A DNA stretch of 64,000 nucleotides. Origin: Carcharhinus longimanus (taxonomy: Eukaryota). How positions within the stretch are numbered: position 1 is the first letter of the stretch; every line of letters begins with the position of its first letter. The stretch covers positions 71,905,233 through 71,969,232 of the forward strand of contig JASCQW010000081.1 in NCBI GenBank assembly GCA_030264375.1, in the 5' to 3' direction. Below, in pieces: positions 48,481 through 62,211 of the stretch. The notes under the pieces are model-generated. The model was not told the origin of the DNA. It was given only the letters and a program-made list of their open reading frames with translations, and did no database searches. A program made the translations under genes and the position numbers.

Positions 48481-50664
48481 TCTTTGCAGAACTCTTCTCA
48501 CAACCTCAAACTTTCACTCGTACATTTTTACAGAGCAGGCTGTTAATTTTCATTGTTGACATAGAATCCAGGACACCGGGGAAATAACCCAGTGCAAAGA
48601 GGCTTTAGTTTTGATGTGGAAAGTAGGAGGATTGAAGGCAGCAAAGAAGCAAGTGCGATTTGCAGAAAAAAAACACTTTCAGTAATCCCCTAGTGATTCT
48701 TCCCTCAATTCTATCAGTGATGCTGAAGTAAAATGATCGAACAATTTCAGTTCAAAGAGCAAGCCCTCATGCAAGGGAGGCCTGTGAACAAACAAAAAAG
48801 AGCTGATGTGGATAGTACATTTTACATGAGCAGAGAGGAAAGAAAATCTGTTTGGGAGAACTGTTTGAAGTGTTCCAGGATGTCAGGAGATTTTTCCCTT
48901 TTGAGCTTTTGAGGCAAACATCAATTAATGTTATTAGTCCTCAATTCACCTTCTGAGGACCCCACATGAAGAGCAGTAAGCCTCAGGCTTGACTCTACCA
49001 GGTCATGCAGGTTGAAACCCCGTTCAGTATGTATTTTCTCCCGGACAATATCTAGCAACTGCACTGAATTACTACTATTACGTTATTACGCAGGTCAGCC
49101 GAATAGGTTTTCTGTGTCCTGTGGCATTTGTACTAAGGTGGTTGAAGAAAGAACCAGCAATTATTCAGAGGTCGTCATCTTACCGGCTGTTCACACCACG
49201 CTCCCGCTGGAGCAAAGTCGGAGAATTTGCGCCCAGCCAAATCTCCGTTCACTGCAGTGGGATGGGAAAATCCCGCCGTAATATTCTGGCCATAATCTTT
49301 TGTGACCTATGGCGATCCCAAAGACTTTAGCAGACACTGATACATTTGGGAATGAATTTTTATTGGGATCAGTCCCGAACCTGCTGTTTGGAGGAAACGT
49401 GAGTGGAGAATTCACACCTGCACTGGGACCCAGAGGATGATTTTTATTTGTCAAGACAGCAATTAAGCAGCCAATTGAGGAGCACCATCCAATTAAAGAT
49501 GAGGGGGCTCTCCAAAACAGAGAGATTGGCAACTTCACCATCAGAGGTAGGAGCTGTTGATGTAGGTAGGAGGAAGAGAGGCTGCCTCAAGACGGAGGGA
49601 CTGAAGGCCCAACAGATGGAGGATTGGACCCCAGGTCTGCAGCCAATTGGCTGCCTCCAGCCCTCACCTGTGCTTTGGCCTCTGCGTGGAGCCCCACATG
49701 ACAAATGGAATATGCCAGTCAGTACGTGATGAGATTGGTCTTAGTAAGACTTTAATTAGCCTAATTGGCTATATGCACTGCTTGTGCGCAGGTAGCTATC
49801 ACCCACTTCTCTATGCCCCCATTCTGCCACTCTGAAAACTCAGCAGAGGCAGGACCACAGTGAGAAATCAGCACAAACTGTGGCCCCATCCGCCTGCAGT
49901 CCCTCCTCCACATTGAATTTGCAGCGTCAACTGTTGTTACGAAGGGTAATGAATGGTCACATGTGGAATTGGTGGTTGTGTTTCTGTAGAACACATTCCT
50001 TTCCTAGAATATCAATAATACAATGATTCCACATTGTGATTTGTGTTTCTCATGTAACTTTATCAGAAGAAGGCACTGTAAGCTTCTGGTCTCTACAACA
50101 TTGCTTCATACATAATTATTTTTATTCGGAGCTAAGTATTAAAAAAAATCACTTTTCCTAAAAGCTAATAAATAGTCTTACATTCTCCTCTGAATGCACA
50201 GGGGCCTGGTTCTCAGCTCAGGCTTGGAGGTTGAGCCAAGATGAGACTGCTGGCAGGCTGTATGACTGTGGAGACATTGCAGCTGAGGCCAATCTTGCCA
50301 TCACCTGCTATTCATACAGCTACATATCTCAGCAAAGTCACAGTTATACTGGTCAGGAGAACATATGGCCATACAAGTGTAGAATCCTTACAGTGCAGAA
50401 AGAGGCCATTCAGCCCATGGGGTCTGCACCGACACCCTTAAAAAAGCATCCCACTCCAGCCTTCCACAACAATCTATCCCATAACCCCATTCATTTAGTT
50501 TAGCTAATCCACTTACCCTACACATTGGATACTAAGGGGCAATACTCTGGGATACCATTAACCTTGAGGAGCCCAAGGTCAACGGACTTTTCCATTGTTT
50601 GCCCCTCGCCCTCTCTGGTGGGCGGGATGGTAAGATTCTGGCCAGTGGTTGCGTTGGTGATCAG

Positions 50665-51345
50665 TTTACAAAATGCTATTGATTCAGGGCCGGTTCTGAA
50701 GATTCAGTGTTAGTAAATGTCATCCCGTGATTAAAGAAGGGAGGGAAAGAGAAAACAGGGAAATACTGATCTGTTAGCCCTTGCATCAATAGTAGGGAAA
50801 ACACTGGCATCTATTATAAAGGTGTGATAAATGAACATTCAGATAATAAAAATCTGGTTGGGCAGAATCAGTATGGATTTCTGAATGAGAAATCAACTTT
50901 GATGCTTTTGGAGGATGTTACTAACAGAATTGATAAAGGAGAGTTGGTGGATATAATCTACTTGAATGTTCAGAAGGCTTTTGATGAAGTCCCCCACAGT
51001 AGATTGAATAGCAAAATTAAAATGGGATAGGAAGTAATATAATGGTATGGAATTAAGGATGATTTGATTTATTATTGTCACGTGTATAAGCATACAGTGA
51101 AAAGTATTATTTCTTGCGCGCTATACAGATAAAGCATACCGTTCATTAAGAAGGAAACGAGAGAGTGCAGAATGTAATGTTACAGTTATAGCTAGGGTGT
51201 AAGAAAGATCAACTTAATGCAGGATAGGTCCATTTAAAAGTCTGATGGCAGCAGGGAAGAAGTTGTTCTTGTGGCAGTTGGTACTTTTGTATCTTTTCCG
51301 ATGGAAGAAGGTGGAAGAGAGAATGTGCGTGGAGTCCTTTATTAT
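50665..51345. mobile_element. CR1 RT fragment (+, to ~51058) abutting a Rex1-like 3' end (-)
   Basis: NQYGFL..KS...VDIIYL..QKAFDEVPH.RL; then tgatttgatttattattgtcac (reverse-complement Rex1-like tail). Confidence 0.8.
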
Positions 51346-54179
51346 GGTCACCATTGGATAAATATTCATGCGCCATTTGGCTGTTAACTACATCTGGTTC
51401 ATCACTCAGTCTAAATGACAAACCCATTGAAATACAATAGTATCTGTAAATAGTGGACAATGATTGACATGGTCAATCAAAGCTCAACCTTTGGAACAGT
51501 TAAATGAGTGAATTGCTATACGCTGCCTCTTTCTGTTATGAAGGAGTGAGTTTCATCAGTTGGCTGAAGAACTTAGTGATTCCTTGATTACACAAGCAGC
51601 AAGTAGAGGTAAATGGAGTCTAGTCACATCATGGATAGGCTGATCAATTGCTCTATTTGGTTTTTATGCTGATGGAACTTTTATGCATAACTTGGATTCT
51701 TGTGATTTTCACCCTGTCTCTGAAAACGCTGGACAGAATTTTACATTCCCCCATTGATGGATTTGCAGGCAGTGGAAGATGTGCAAAGTTCCCATCACCC
51801 TCCCACCTATCTTCAATTTAATGGTGTGACAGGCGAGGCCTAGGTTGGCCAGTACGCCCTTGCTGTCATTGAAGCCCTTAAGTGGATAATCCATGACCAC
51901 TTAAGGTTTCCCAGTTGGCCTCAATTTTGAAGGAAATGGGAGCCATTCATGAGTGGACAGGAAGAGAAGCAAATAAAATCACCCTGCCCAGGCCTCGGGT
52001 GAGAGGATTCCTCCATCAATGGCCTCCTATCGACATCCGGCACCCCTTCATGAGATCTCCCCTCTCCATGGTTGCTCCCACTCTCCCTGGCCTCTCCATC
52101 AATGCCTCCCCTCCCTTCCCTGGTCCTGACACCTTGCATTTAGACTCTGTGACTGCTTGTACGATCAACAGAAGCATGACTGTTTCTGGCATAGCTGGGA
52201 CAACAAACCAGCTGGACAGTCAGTCAGATTAACTGGCAGCTCTCTTCAAGAGGTCTTCCTCTTGTGTGGCAGGAGGAAGTCCCTGTTGTAGCCAATTAGC
52301 ACTCCTTGGAGCATTATGTGGGCCAGCACTGACAAAGGGTCATCTAGAATCGAAACATTGGTTCTACTCTTTCCCCAGAAATGCTGTCAGGCCTACTGAG
52401 ATTTTCCAGCATTTTCTGGTTTTGTTTCAGATTCCTGCATCTGTTTTGTTTTTATCTTAGTACCAACAGGGATGCTGGTTTTTCTACCGGTGCTTTGGGT
52501 GGCAGGGCAGGAAGTGCTGCCATCTGTAAAATCCTGTCCACCTTGGGCGTAAGGTTGTTATATTGCAACTGCGCCAATATATTTTCTTCACAGTGAGACA
52601 GATAATTGAATCCTTTCCCAAACACAGAACAGGCAAACGAGGGGCCAATTTGTGACCTGACAAAGGAGAGAAAGCTGGAGGGTGGGGACAGTGTTAATCG
52701 ATAATGAATATTCAATACATCTCCATCTCGAGTCACAATGCCACACCTTGTGGTCGTGTGATGTTTTAAACCATTTTAAAAACATTCAGTGAAATTAAAT
52801 CGATCACCATAAAAACATTTTAATGTGCAAGAGCCGGTTAATTGCTCTTAGTCGGTTTTTAATCTTCAGGGAAGGAAGAGGAATGGGAGTTCTATCAAAA
52901 AACCCATTGGTCCTGCATGCTTCAGCCCAGTCATTGAGAATTGTTTGCTTTTTGCCTTGAAAAGCTGCCTGTTTTTTGCCTCGAAAAACTGTCTATTTTT
53001 TGAGGCAAATTGAATGTCAGCGCTATATGCAATGATCAGACTGCAAAGAGGCTATAACATTGCAGACTAACTGAATACGCTAAAGAAGTGATGGATTGTA
53101 AATAATCTAGATGGAACCAGCAATATGAATCAAATTATACTGCAGTGTGGGTATGCATTGCATTGGAGATCTACTTTTGGATAGTGTTGATAAACACCAC
53201 CACTTGAGATAAGGCTGTAGCCAGCATAAATGGACAGCACGACTTGAGTAGGATATACATAGTTTAGACAGAGAGTGCACTGGAGATTGGATAACAAATA
53301 ATCTACACACTGCACTGGATTTCAGATACCGAATGGGCTAAATGGGCAATTAAAGACAGTTCAGATAGACATCAGAACCATGAGAGGGTCTTATTGATAA
53401 ATTGAGCTGAAATTATCGGAGAACACATTTTAAAAAGGGAACTGTATTTCACATTTAATAATATTCAGAGACTCCTCACATTTCCAACACTGGTATTAAG
53501 CAATAGAGAAATCTGTCAACTAGTCATTTTTGGACGTTTACCTGACAAACTTTGACATTCAGTGAATATAATAGTTGCAGAATATTATGTTCCATTCGGC
53601 AGTCATACAATATATTATGCAGATATTTTCATATTTTTTTTCAATGGTTTAGCAGCGTCCCCATATTAGGGACACAAGCATGGAAATGAAAACAAATGAG
53701 GTTATTTTGATGTGAAAAGTAATCTTTTTAAGAGAGGTTTGCAGTGCAATTCTACCTGAAAAATGTAATAAATATAATATTTATCCTTTAATTAGTTTCC
53801 CACCATCAGGAAACCACAGTTTTTATTCAAAACAAGCTGATTCTACATTCCGCTGAATTGTTAGAAGATTTATTTGCTCGTGTTTCAGAACATACCTTTG
53901 CATATTGCTGTCCATAGTTAGATGCTAAATCTTGTTATTAACCATGCATGTATCTCAGTGATGGACCCCAGCCTGCGGGTTACGATTACCAGAGTGTTAC
54001 TGGTGAGAAAAAGTCATGGATTTTACATTTTCTCCCCCTTCCTGAAGATCTTGTTGACAACGTTAAGGTTCTATGGCATGGCAGCTGAGTGGTTCCCCAG
54101 CCAAGCGATTCTCATTCCCATGCTTTGGTAGTACCATTCAGCCATGTGGTACATCATAGCTCAGCTATCTTCATCTGCA

Positions 54180-54416
54180 TAGTGGCACAATGTTAGCACT
54201 GCCTCACAGCACTGGGGACCTGGATTCGATTCCTGGCTTGAGTCAATATCCGTGTGGAGCTTGCACATTCTTCCCGTGTCTGAGTGGGTTTCCTTTGAAT
54301 GCACTAGTTTCCTCCCACAGTCTGAAAGACTTGTTGGTTAGGTGTGTTGTCCATGCTAAATTCTCCCTCAGTGTACCTGTACAGGAGCCGAAGTGTGGCA
54401 ACTAGGGGATTTTACA
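54180..54416 (+). mobile_element. V-SINE, alternative tail, 3'-truncated
   Basis: gtggcacaatgttagcactgcctcacagc...gtgtggcaactaggggattttaca. Confidence 0.8.
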
Positions 54417-55289
54417 GATATATAAACATTATATTTGTGTGTGCAGCTCCAGGGAGGGAGATGAAGGGTGGACCTGCTGAACAGCCATCAAGGACTGAGG
54501 TTTCATCTGTTCTCTCAGCTCTCCTAGCCTGGGACAATATTGAACTCACACAGTATTGTATGCTCATGGTTGAGGTTAACTCACCTACTTGAAATGGGGA
54601 CTTAACTTTGCTTTTATGATTGTAACAGCCTATTTGTTTTCTTTTGCTAGCAGGGGTTTTCACTTTTGTGGCTTCACAAAATGTGCAGGGGTGGTGATTG
54701 GGAAGGGAAGGGGCAATCCCCAACACCCAAGTGGTGAGAATCGCATCCTGGCTCTTTTCTTGCACTGTTATAAGATTGTAATGCACAGCTCGCTGAAAAA
54801 AAAAATTGGTGCCAGTCTCTCCTGTTTTCTCATTTGTTTAGCACTTAGAATGTTTTTTGTAAAATCGCACCCCATATCTTATACTGTGAGGTGATAAGGT
54901 CTTACCCACCTCGGCACACTTCCTGTGTCCTTTGAGATTGTCAGTTGGGCTGACCAGATGTAGTAGCACCCCAACAGACCGCTACCTCATCCTGGCTCTC
55001 TTGTTCCCTCCAAAACTACATGCTGCTGTCCTCGGGGGAAGGCACCCTGAGAGTGATGATTCAGGTATCCAGCTTCTGCTTCTGATTTTCCCATTATCCA
55101 ATAGAGAATGGAATGCAACTGGAGCCCAGCTCCTTAATTTCCTAACTTATCCATTTATTTTCCCCTTTCTTTCAACTTTGCTACTATTTCCTCTTCTCTT
55201 CCACCCCTCCCCATATATACTTGGAAAATGTTTTCATGTTTAAAAATATTCAGTGAATTTTACATTTGACTCTGAAAATTTGAAATTTC

Positions 55290-55908
55290 CATGACTTTGT
55301 CTACACTTCCCGTTGCCTCGGAAAAGCAGCCAACATAATTAAGGACACTACGCACCCTAGATATAGTCTCTACTTTGTCAGAAGACTAAGGAGATTAGGC
55401 AAGTTCGCTACAACTCTCACCAACTTTTACAGAAGCACCATGGAAAGCATTCTTTCTCGTTGTATCACAGCTTGGTATGGCTCCCGCTTGCCCAAGACCA
55501 TAAGAAATTATAAAGGGTGATTAATGAAGCCCATAGCATCACGCAAACCGGCCTCCCATCCATTGACTCTGTCTACACTTCCCATTACCTTGGAAAAGCA
55601 GCCAGTATAATGAAGGACCCCACGCGGCCTGGATACGCTCTCTTCCACCTTCTTCCATCAAGAAAATGTTATAAAAGCCTAAGTCAAGAACAGCTTCTTC
55701 CCTGCTGCCATCAGACTTTTAAATGGACCTACCTCACACTAAGTTGCTCTTTCTCTGCACCCTACTTATGACTGTAACACCACATTCTGCACTCTCTTGT
55801 TTCCTTCTCTATGAACGGTATGCTTTGTCTGTAAAGCATGCAAGAAACAATACCTTTCACTGTATACTAATACATATGACACTAATAAATCAAATCAAAT
55901 CAATTCAA
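55290..55908 (+). mobile_element. Rex1/Babar-like LINE 3' end
   Basis: Encodes LTNFYRSTMESILSRCITAWYGS (Rex1-type FYR..IES.L..CI..WYG) and ..FHLLPS.K.Y; tail ctaataaatcaaatcaaatc. Confidence 0.75.
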
Positions 55909-58269
55909 TTGTGGCTGTTTCCCCTTGAGGACAAATTGGTGTGAGGGTTTGAAGAGCAACTTTCTTTTCTTTTTGGCCATGATGTATTTCTTGAAATGAA
56001 GAATGTTTGTGGTGAAGAATAGAAGACTTTTCAATTAGTTGCTTTCATCAAGAATCCAAGGACAGATATTTACACATACACAGCAATTAATAACTTTAAC
56101 AGCAGGCCAGTCAGCGCATGGTTCGAGTCAGTGTTTATGCTCTGATGCTTCCACCCTTCATCTACCCACATTAACATTTCCTTCAGTTCTTTTCTCCCTC
56201 ATGAGTTTATTTACCTTGTCCTTTAAAGAACCTGTGCTATTTGCCTCAACTACTCCTTGTGGGATAAAACTGGCAAAGAAGTTTCTCTTGAATTCCCTAT
56301 TGGATTTATTTGCAGCTATCTTACTTTCATGGCACTTCGTTCTGGTCTTGCAATCGAGTGGAAATATCTTCTCTGATCTACTCTATCAAACATTTCTGCA
56401 TCCTTTAAAGCCTTGGACGTTTCTCAGTTTTCTCTTTCCTAGCATACAGTTTAAAGTCCCTTCGATTTTAGTCCCACCTGTGTAATGTCAGACTCATCTG
56501 AGAACAATAGTCTCCACTGCATCTCTGGGCCACATTCTTATTTTACCTCACATTCAAGTCATTGACTTTGGCAATTGGCAGTGTAATTAGCTTTGCGGTG
56601 TGGTCCCATCACTTGACTTATCAAAAAGGACAATTAAAGTGAGCAGAGGGAGAAGAGAGTCCCATTTGTCCGATTTTGAACTGTTGCCAGATCCTACAAT
56701 ATCTTTGTTGTGGGCAGCTGAGTTTGTTTTAAACTGAAACGTTGAGGGTTGTACATGAAACTGTTTTCCTTCTACCTGTTTGGTATACTTTTTGCATGTA
56801 AATATTGATCAATACACCAGAGGGATGACGAGCTCTTCTGTGGAAAATTATTTCTTTTCACGAATCCATTTAATTTAAGCGCTGCATCAAAAGTACATCA
56901 AAACGTAGCTGAATTTCCTGTTCTTGACCAATGTATGTTAATCTCAGCTGAAATGCTTAAGAATGGAAGCATAAAGTTAAACAATCAAATCAAATGCATA
57001 CAATCTGATTTAAAGGCAAAAGCATGAAGTGATATGGTGATATATCGTCTGCATTGCTGACATTTCATAAGGATTCTGAATGGAGTGAGGTGCTCCAAGT
57101 TGGATAAGACAGAGTTTAGAACAGATTGCAAATATAGTTTTTTTTTGATGTGTTAAGTGCAGAGAACACAAAGTGTCCCAAAAGCTTGATCAGCAAGTCC
57201 GCTGCCTAGTCTGAAACTGAGTCATGTAGTGCCAGGAGGACCTGATCTCCAACCTGTGCCAAATTACTCATCTCAGTTGCTTGGATGCTGCAGTTCTCTG
57301 CAGAGCCTATGGGGAAGACCAGCACACATAGAAACCTAGCATATCATAAATTAGCACCTTTGGTGAGGATGATGATAAAGTACCAATCACCAATTCCTTA
57401 ATCTTGTAGCAAGATTTGAGACAGTCAACATTTGTTCATTAGGAGCAGGTGTCACTTTCATTTGTCATAATAGATAACTATGCACAAGGCTCATTAAGAT
57501 CATAAAATATAGTCCCGATCATTTCCCCAACAGTTTTATTGGACTCCTGCTGTAGTCACGCTGGAGGCCAGCAGCAGAATGGCTGAAAATATTCAGCCCA
57601 ATTGGGATAATTGAATTGGTGTGCTCCCTGATCAGTCAGATCTTATATTTGCGAAGATTGTTTAACCATTGAGATCACTGATGAGGGGAAACCTAGTTTT
57701 CGCACCAGTTGTGGAGTAAACAGAGACGGTGGGCAGGGAAATTTTGTTCAGAGACTCTGTCTCACCCCACGGCCATTTTCATGGGGGTAAAGTTCGAAGA
57801 TGGCCCCAAGCTGCCACTTCACAATAGTAGAAGGCCAACTGAGGCCCATATTGTCAGATGCTATCTTCCAGGTCCTGAGATGTTGGGAATAGCACAGCTG
57901 CCTGGAGAGACCAGCACTCAAGGCAGGCTTTGAGGCCTTCACTGTCTGCCTGGTCTCTGCTGCTGCCACAGTCTTCCCTGTGAAGGGGTTCGTGGCTGCT
58001 GAGAGGAATTTATTAATTTAGAAATTAAAAATATTGGAGAAAAGCACCTCTATTTTGAGATTCGCTCTTTCCTACCTAGGATGACAAGTTTCTGCTCAGT
58101 GCCAGAGGGGTCCATATTGGCCCTCCTGCTTTGCATGCCAGCTGGGCCCAGCCTCTGATTACTAATTGGCCAGATTGGCAAACATCACTGCCAGGTGACT
58201 GTTTCCCACACAGAACTGGCTGTTGACCTCCAATTGACCTGATATTAGGGTCCCCAAGCAAAGTTTTTC

Positions 58270-59370
58270 CCATAGATTCAGCAATATAATTGGGTCAGTG
58301 GGATCCCTTTCAAAGAGCAATGTCTGCTGAGCCTTTTTAAGTTGGAATTCAAAGTGAGTATCTGATGCTTGAACTGCACAGATCCTTGGTGAAGTCCACT
58401 CTGGAGGATTGTATTCAGTTGTGGATACCAGTCCTTGGAAAGGATGCATTGGCCATGAAAGGGGTCCAACAGAGACTCACCAGAATAGGGCTTAAAAGAT
58501 AAGATTAAGAAGAGAAGCTGGGAATAGAGGGTTTGTAAGTCTGGGTCAGATGCAGAATGGCTAACCACAACAAGCAACAGGTAATTAATTACTGTGATTA
58601 AGAGACCAATTAAAGTCAGTGACCAAAGGCTGACCAGGAGTCCAGCACTCTGGGAAAGTTCTGAGCCCATCCTCGCCACAGTGGTGACCACAGACTGCTC
58701 TGTAGAGGTGTTCCTCCTCCTCCGCAACGGTGGCCTAGCAGCCGCAGCCATTTTGGATTTCAAACTTCGTAAGGTTGCTGAAAGGGCACCTCAAGATGCA
58801 AGCACTCTCTCTCTCTCCTCTACCTGCAACAGCAGTCTGCAGCCCCTTCTGTACCGGACAATCTCTTATTTGTCCTCCACGTTTGAGAACTGGTACAACC
58901 GTCATTACTGCATGTGCCCCTAATACAGGCAAAATTCATACGGGGGGTCTGCATCCAGCACAGTGCGGGACCCCTGACACCACAGTCCCAAACACAAATG
59001 AAAAACCTTGCCCACTTTCTGTAGCACTTAGAAGGCTGAGGCTGATTTAATCAAGGTATTTAAATTGATAAAGGGTTTGAATTGGGCATGTCGAGTAGTC
59101 TTCTGTGGTGGGGAAATGCAGGACAAGAGGGTGTAACATTTAAATTAGAGCTCACTCATTTAGGAGTGAACTTAGGAAGCAATTCCTCATGCAAAAGGCT
59201 GTTAAAATTTGGAACCCTTTCCCCAGATGACTATGAATATTTTGTCAATTGAGCTCTTCATGACTTGACATGACTGTGCTTTTTTGTTGCTAATGGCTAT
59301 GTATGAGGTTTCGAAGTACAAATCAGCTATCATCTAACTGAAGGGCTGAATGGCCTACTGTTGTTCCCAT
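58270..59370 (+). mobile_element. Degraded CR1 fragment split by a MITE-like insert (~58526-59015)
   Basis: ctgcacagatccttggtgaagtccactctggaggattgt... resumes at agaaggctgagg..tgatttaatcaaggta. Confidence 0.6.
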
Positions 59371-61039
59371 GTTTAAACTCTGTACTTGGTGTACCCGTGC
59401 CATCGACCATCGTGGACTGGCTGCTGCTGTACAGTCTACACCAAACATGTTCAATTATTCCAACCTATAAAATTTAATGCAGATGGATGACACATACAGT
59501 GCTACAGTGTGGCCCTTAAGAACTACTCAACTGGCTTTATAGCTGTACTTTGCACTGAACTGACTTTGAATGTAAAAGAGACACTGCTGCTCGGACTGAT
59601 GATTTGAGTTGCTGCTGTCAGTTTACTCAGTTCAAAATAAGGATAAGCATGCAGTCTGCAGTATTTTACCACATCTCACTGCCAGAATCAGCAAGAAAAT
59701 ATTCGTAACATAGATTATCAACCCATTTAAACTAAAGGAGCTGTGGTGTTTGCGACGAGTCATGTGTTGCTGTACAAACTCTGTAGATGATCGGGAAAGT
59801 TATAGCTGCAGAATGAAAACCATGAGATGTTAAGAACTTACACTAACCCTGTCTCTCATGCCCCTGTATGAGTGTGTGTCTATATATCCTGCCGTGCCAT
59901 TAATTGCCCATTAACGCTGTAATGATTTTAAAAATAGGACTTTACAAGGTCCATGAAACAGAGCAGGCAGTTTGTGCATCCTCCATTGGGAGGCTAGCAG
60001 GCATCACCAAACGAGCAGTTTCATAAAGGTTAGTTGTTGAAATGGTGCTGCAGGGTTAATGAGGTGCACCAGTCTTAACCAGGCGGAACGACTGTTATTT
60101 TACTATTTAGCAAAGTAGCGGAACAGATTAATTGTTTCTGTCCTTTCTGTGGTCTGGTTTCAATCATATGGGCAACCAGGGAGAAAGACATGAGAAACCC
60201 ATTTATCAAATAGATGGAAAAGGAATTGTACCTGGTATCGTGATGGTTCCGTTTGTAATTGTGTTAGGGAGTGGAACTGAACCACACAGAAACCTAATTC
60301 ATCCCTGCTGTGTGTTGAGTTGGCCTTTAGGGCAGGATTTTAATGATACAGTTGGTTTTGGTTCCTCTGATCTAGTGATAGGAAGGAAAAGTATACCCAG
60401 GTTTCCAAACCTGATCGTTGCCCAGTGTTTGTTACTGTCAAATATATGAGTGCAAATATGGGATGAGGACACAGAACAAACTCTGATCTGATGTTCCCTG
60501 CACTCCATGCAGGCTATGAATGGCCAAGGGCATTTATTCAACTGTTTCTAATGTGCGTCCACACATTTGGGAAAGAAGCTTAAAGGAAGAATATGATTAC
60601 AATTTGAGCGCAGTGGACTATTGGCTATGGTACTGAATCATTAATCTATAAATTATGCGTTCAAAGCATGGAATTAGTTTATTTGATTCAACCAGTCCAA
60701 GTTGGTATTCATCTTCTGTGTAAGAAAGAAATCCTTTCTGTAATCCTTATTCTCATAACCATTTATCTTCTCTTATCCATCCAGCCGATCTAAATTTGAA
60801 TTATAGCATTCAAATAGGTCTTCAACCTCGAATTCCAAGACTTCACAATTCTATGTGGAGGTATTTCTCTTCTAAATATTTTTGTTCTCAATATTTTTCT
60901 TGTATCTATGGTTCTTCATTCTCAATCCCTAGTATTTTATCAACACCATCTCTTTCATTCATAATTTTAAGCATGCCAATCATATTACCCAGTGTCCTTC
61001 AGGAAGAAAGGCCATTGCAAGTAATATTCTAGATATGAT

Positions 61040-61420
61040 TAGCTAGCGAATAATGGAACTGGGAGTACGCAGTGGAGAAGCATTGGAAGTGGATGATGTG
61101 ATTAGTCTTGTGAAAGACTACAGACAATTTGAGGAGGATGTCTACAATATTTCAGTATTGTGGCCGATTGGTGGGATTCAAACATGGCATTGCGGGAAAG
61201 ATGGGTACAGATTCTGGAGTTGACAACACACTTTCAAGGACTTTGGAGTGGAAGGGGAGGTTGGGATTGGGACAATATTTTGCAAGGACGTTGAAGTGAT
61301 GGATAGCTTTTGTTTGAAATGAAGGATGATGACAGCAAGTGTAAAGGAGAGAGGGACAGTCCCTGAAAAGAGTGAACTGTTTATAATATTGGCTAGCATG
61401 CAGACCAGGAAGCGAAGTCA
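61040..61420 (-). mobile_element. L2-clade LINE RT fragment
   Basis: LANIINSSLFSGTVPLSF and Y.P..NLPF.SKVLE in adjacent frames; typical L2 RT N-terminal motifs. Confidence 0.7.
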
Positions 61421-61769
61421 GATTCAGTAATATAAAAGCAAAATACTGCGGATGCTGGAAATTTGAAATAAAAACTGCAAGTGCTGGAAAAACCCAATAG
61501 GATTCGCTGTAGTTGACCACAGTGATTAGAAACATAGAATCTGGAAGCAGAAGTAGGCCATTTGGCCCTTCCAGCCTGTTCCGCCATTCATTTTGATCAC
61601 GCCTGATCATCAAATTCAATATCCTAATCTCCCCTTCCCCACCAATGTCTTCTGCCATTTTGAGGAGGCTGACAGTAACACAGGCATCTCTGTTCAAGAG
61701 AGAAATGTGCTGATAGCAGGTGACACACAAAATTTTGATTATTTGCTCGTGGCCAGACCAGAGCAGCTC

Positions 61770-62211
61770 TTGTGCATTGATTTCACTGCAACCATCTGGG
61801 ACGTATTGGAAAGATGTGTTAGTCCGAAACCTCGGGATGTGTGCAGGATCCCAAACACATCCATGAGATAAATGAGCCACATCAGGAAATCCAATAGTCA
61901 TGCCACTGATTGTCAGTTGGATTCCTCTGGCACCACACAGTGATGTATCTGTCATTTAGACATGGACCCTGTTCACACTCCATCACACTGTCCAACTTGA
62001 AATTTGTGAGGTGACTATTGAAAGATATGTCAGCATTCCAAAATGTGAATTTGGGATCCTTAATCTCTCTCAAGAAATATTGTTGGACTTTTTCTTGATG
62101 TGGTTCATTTATCTAATGGATGTGTTTGGGATCCTCAGTACATCCCAAGGTTTTGAACTAAAACTGCCCTTCTAATGTGTCCCAGATGGTTGCACTGAAA
62201 GCATTGCACAA
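61770..62211. repeat. Long imperfect inverted repeat (arms 61770-61896 and 62081-62211)
   Basis: For example ggatcccaaacacatccat/atggatgtgtttgggatcc and tgcaaccatctgggac/gtcccagatggttgca; roughly 80% identity by eye. Confidence 0.85.

Noticed and set aside
61152-61955. Longest ORF (267 aa) as a gene
   Set aside because: It runs across a foldback arm, a CR1 tail, a PLE-derived repeat and an L2 fragment: a chance chimera.
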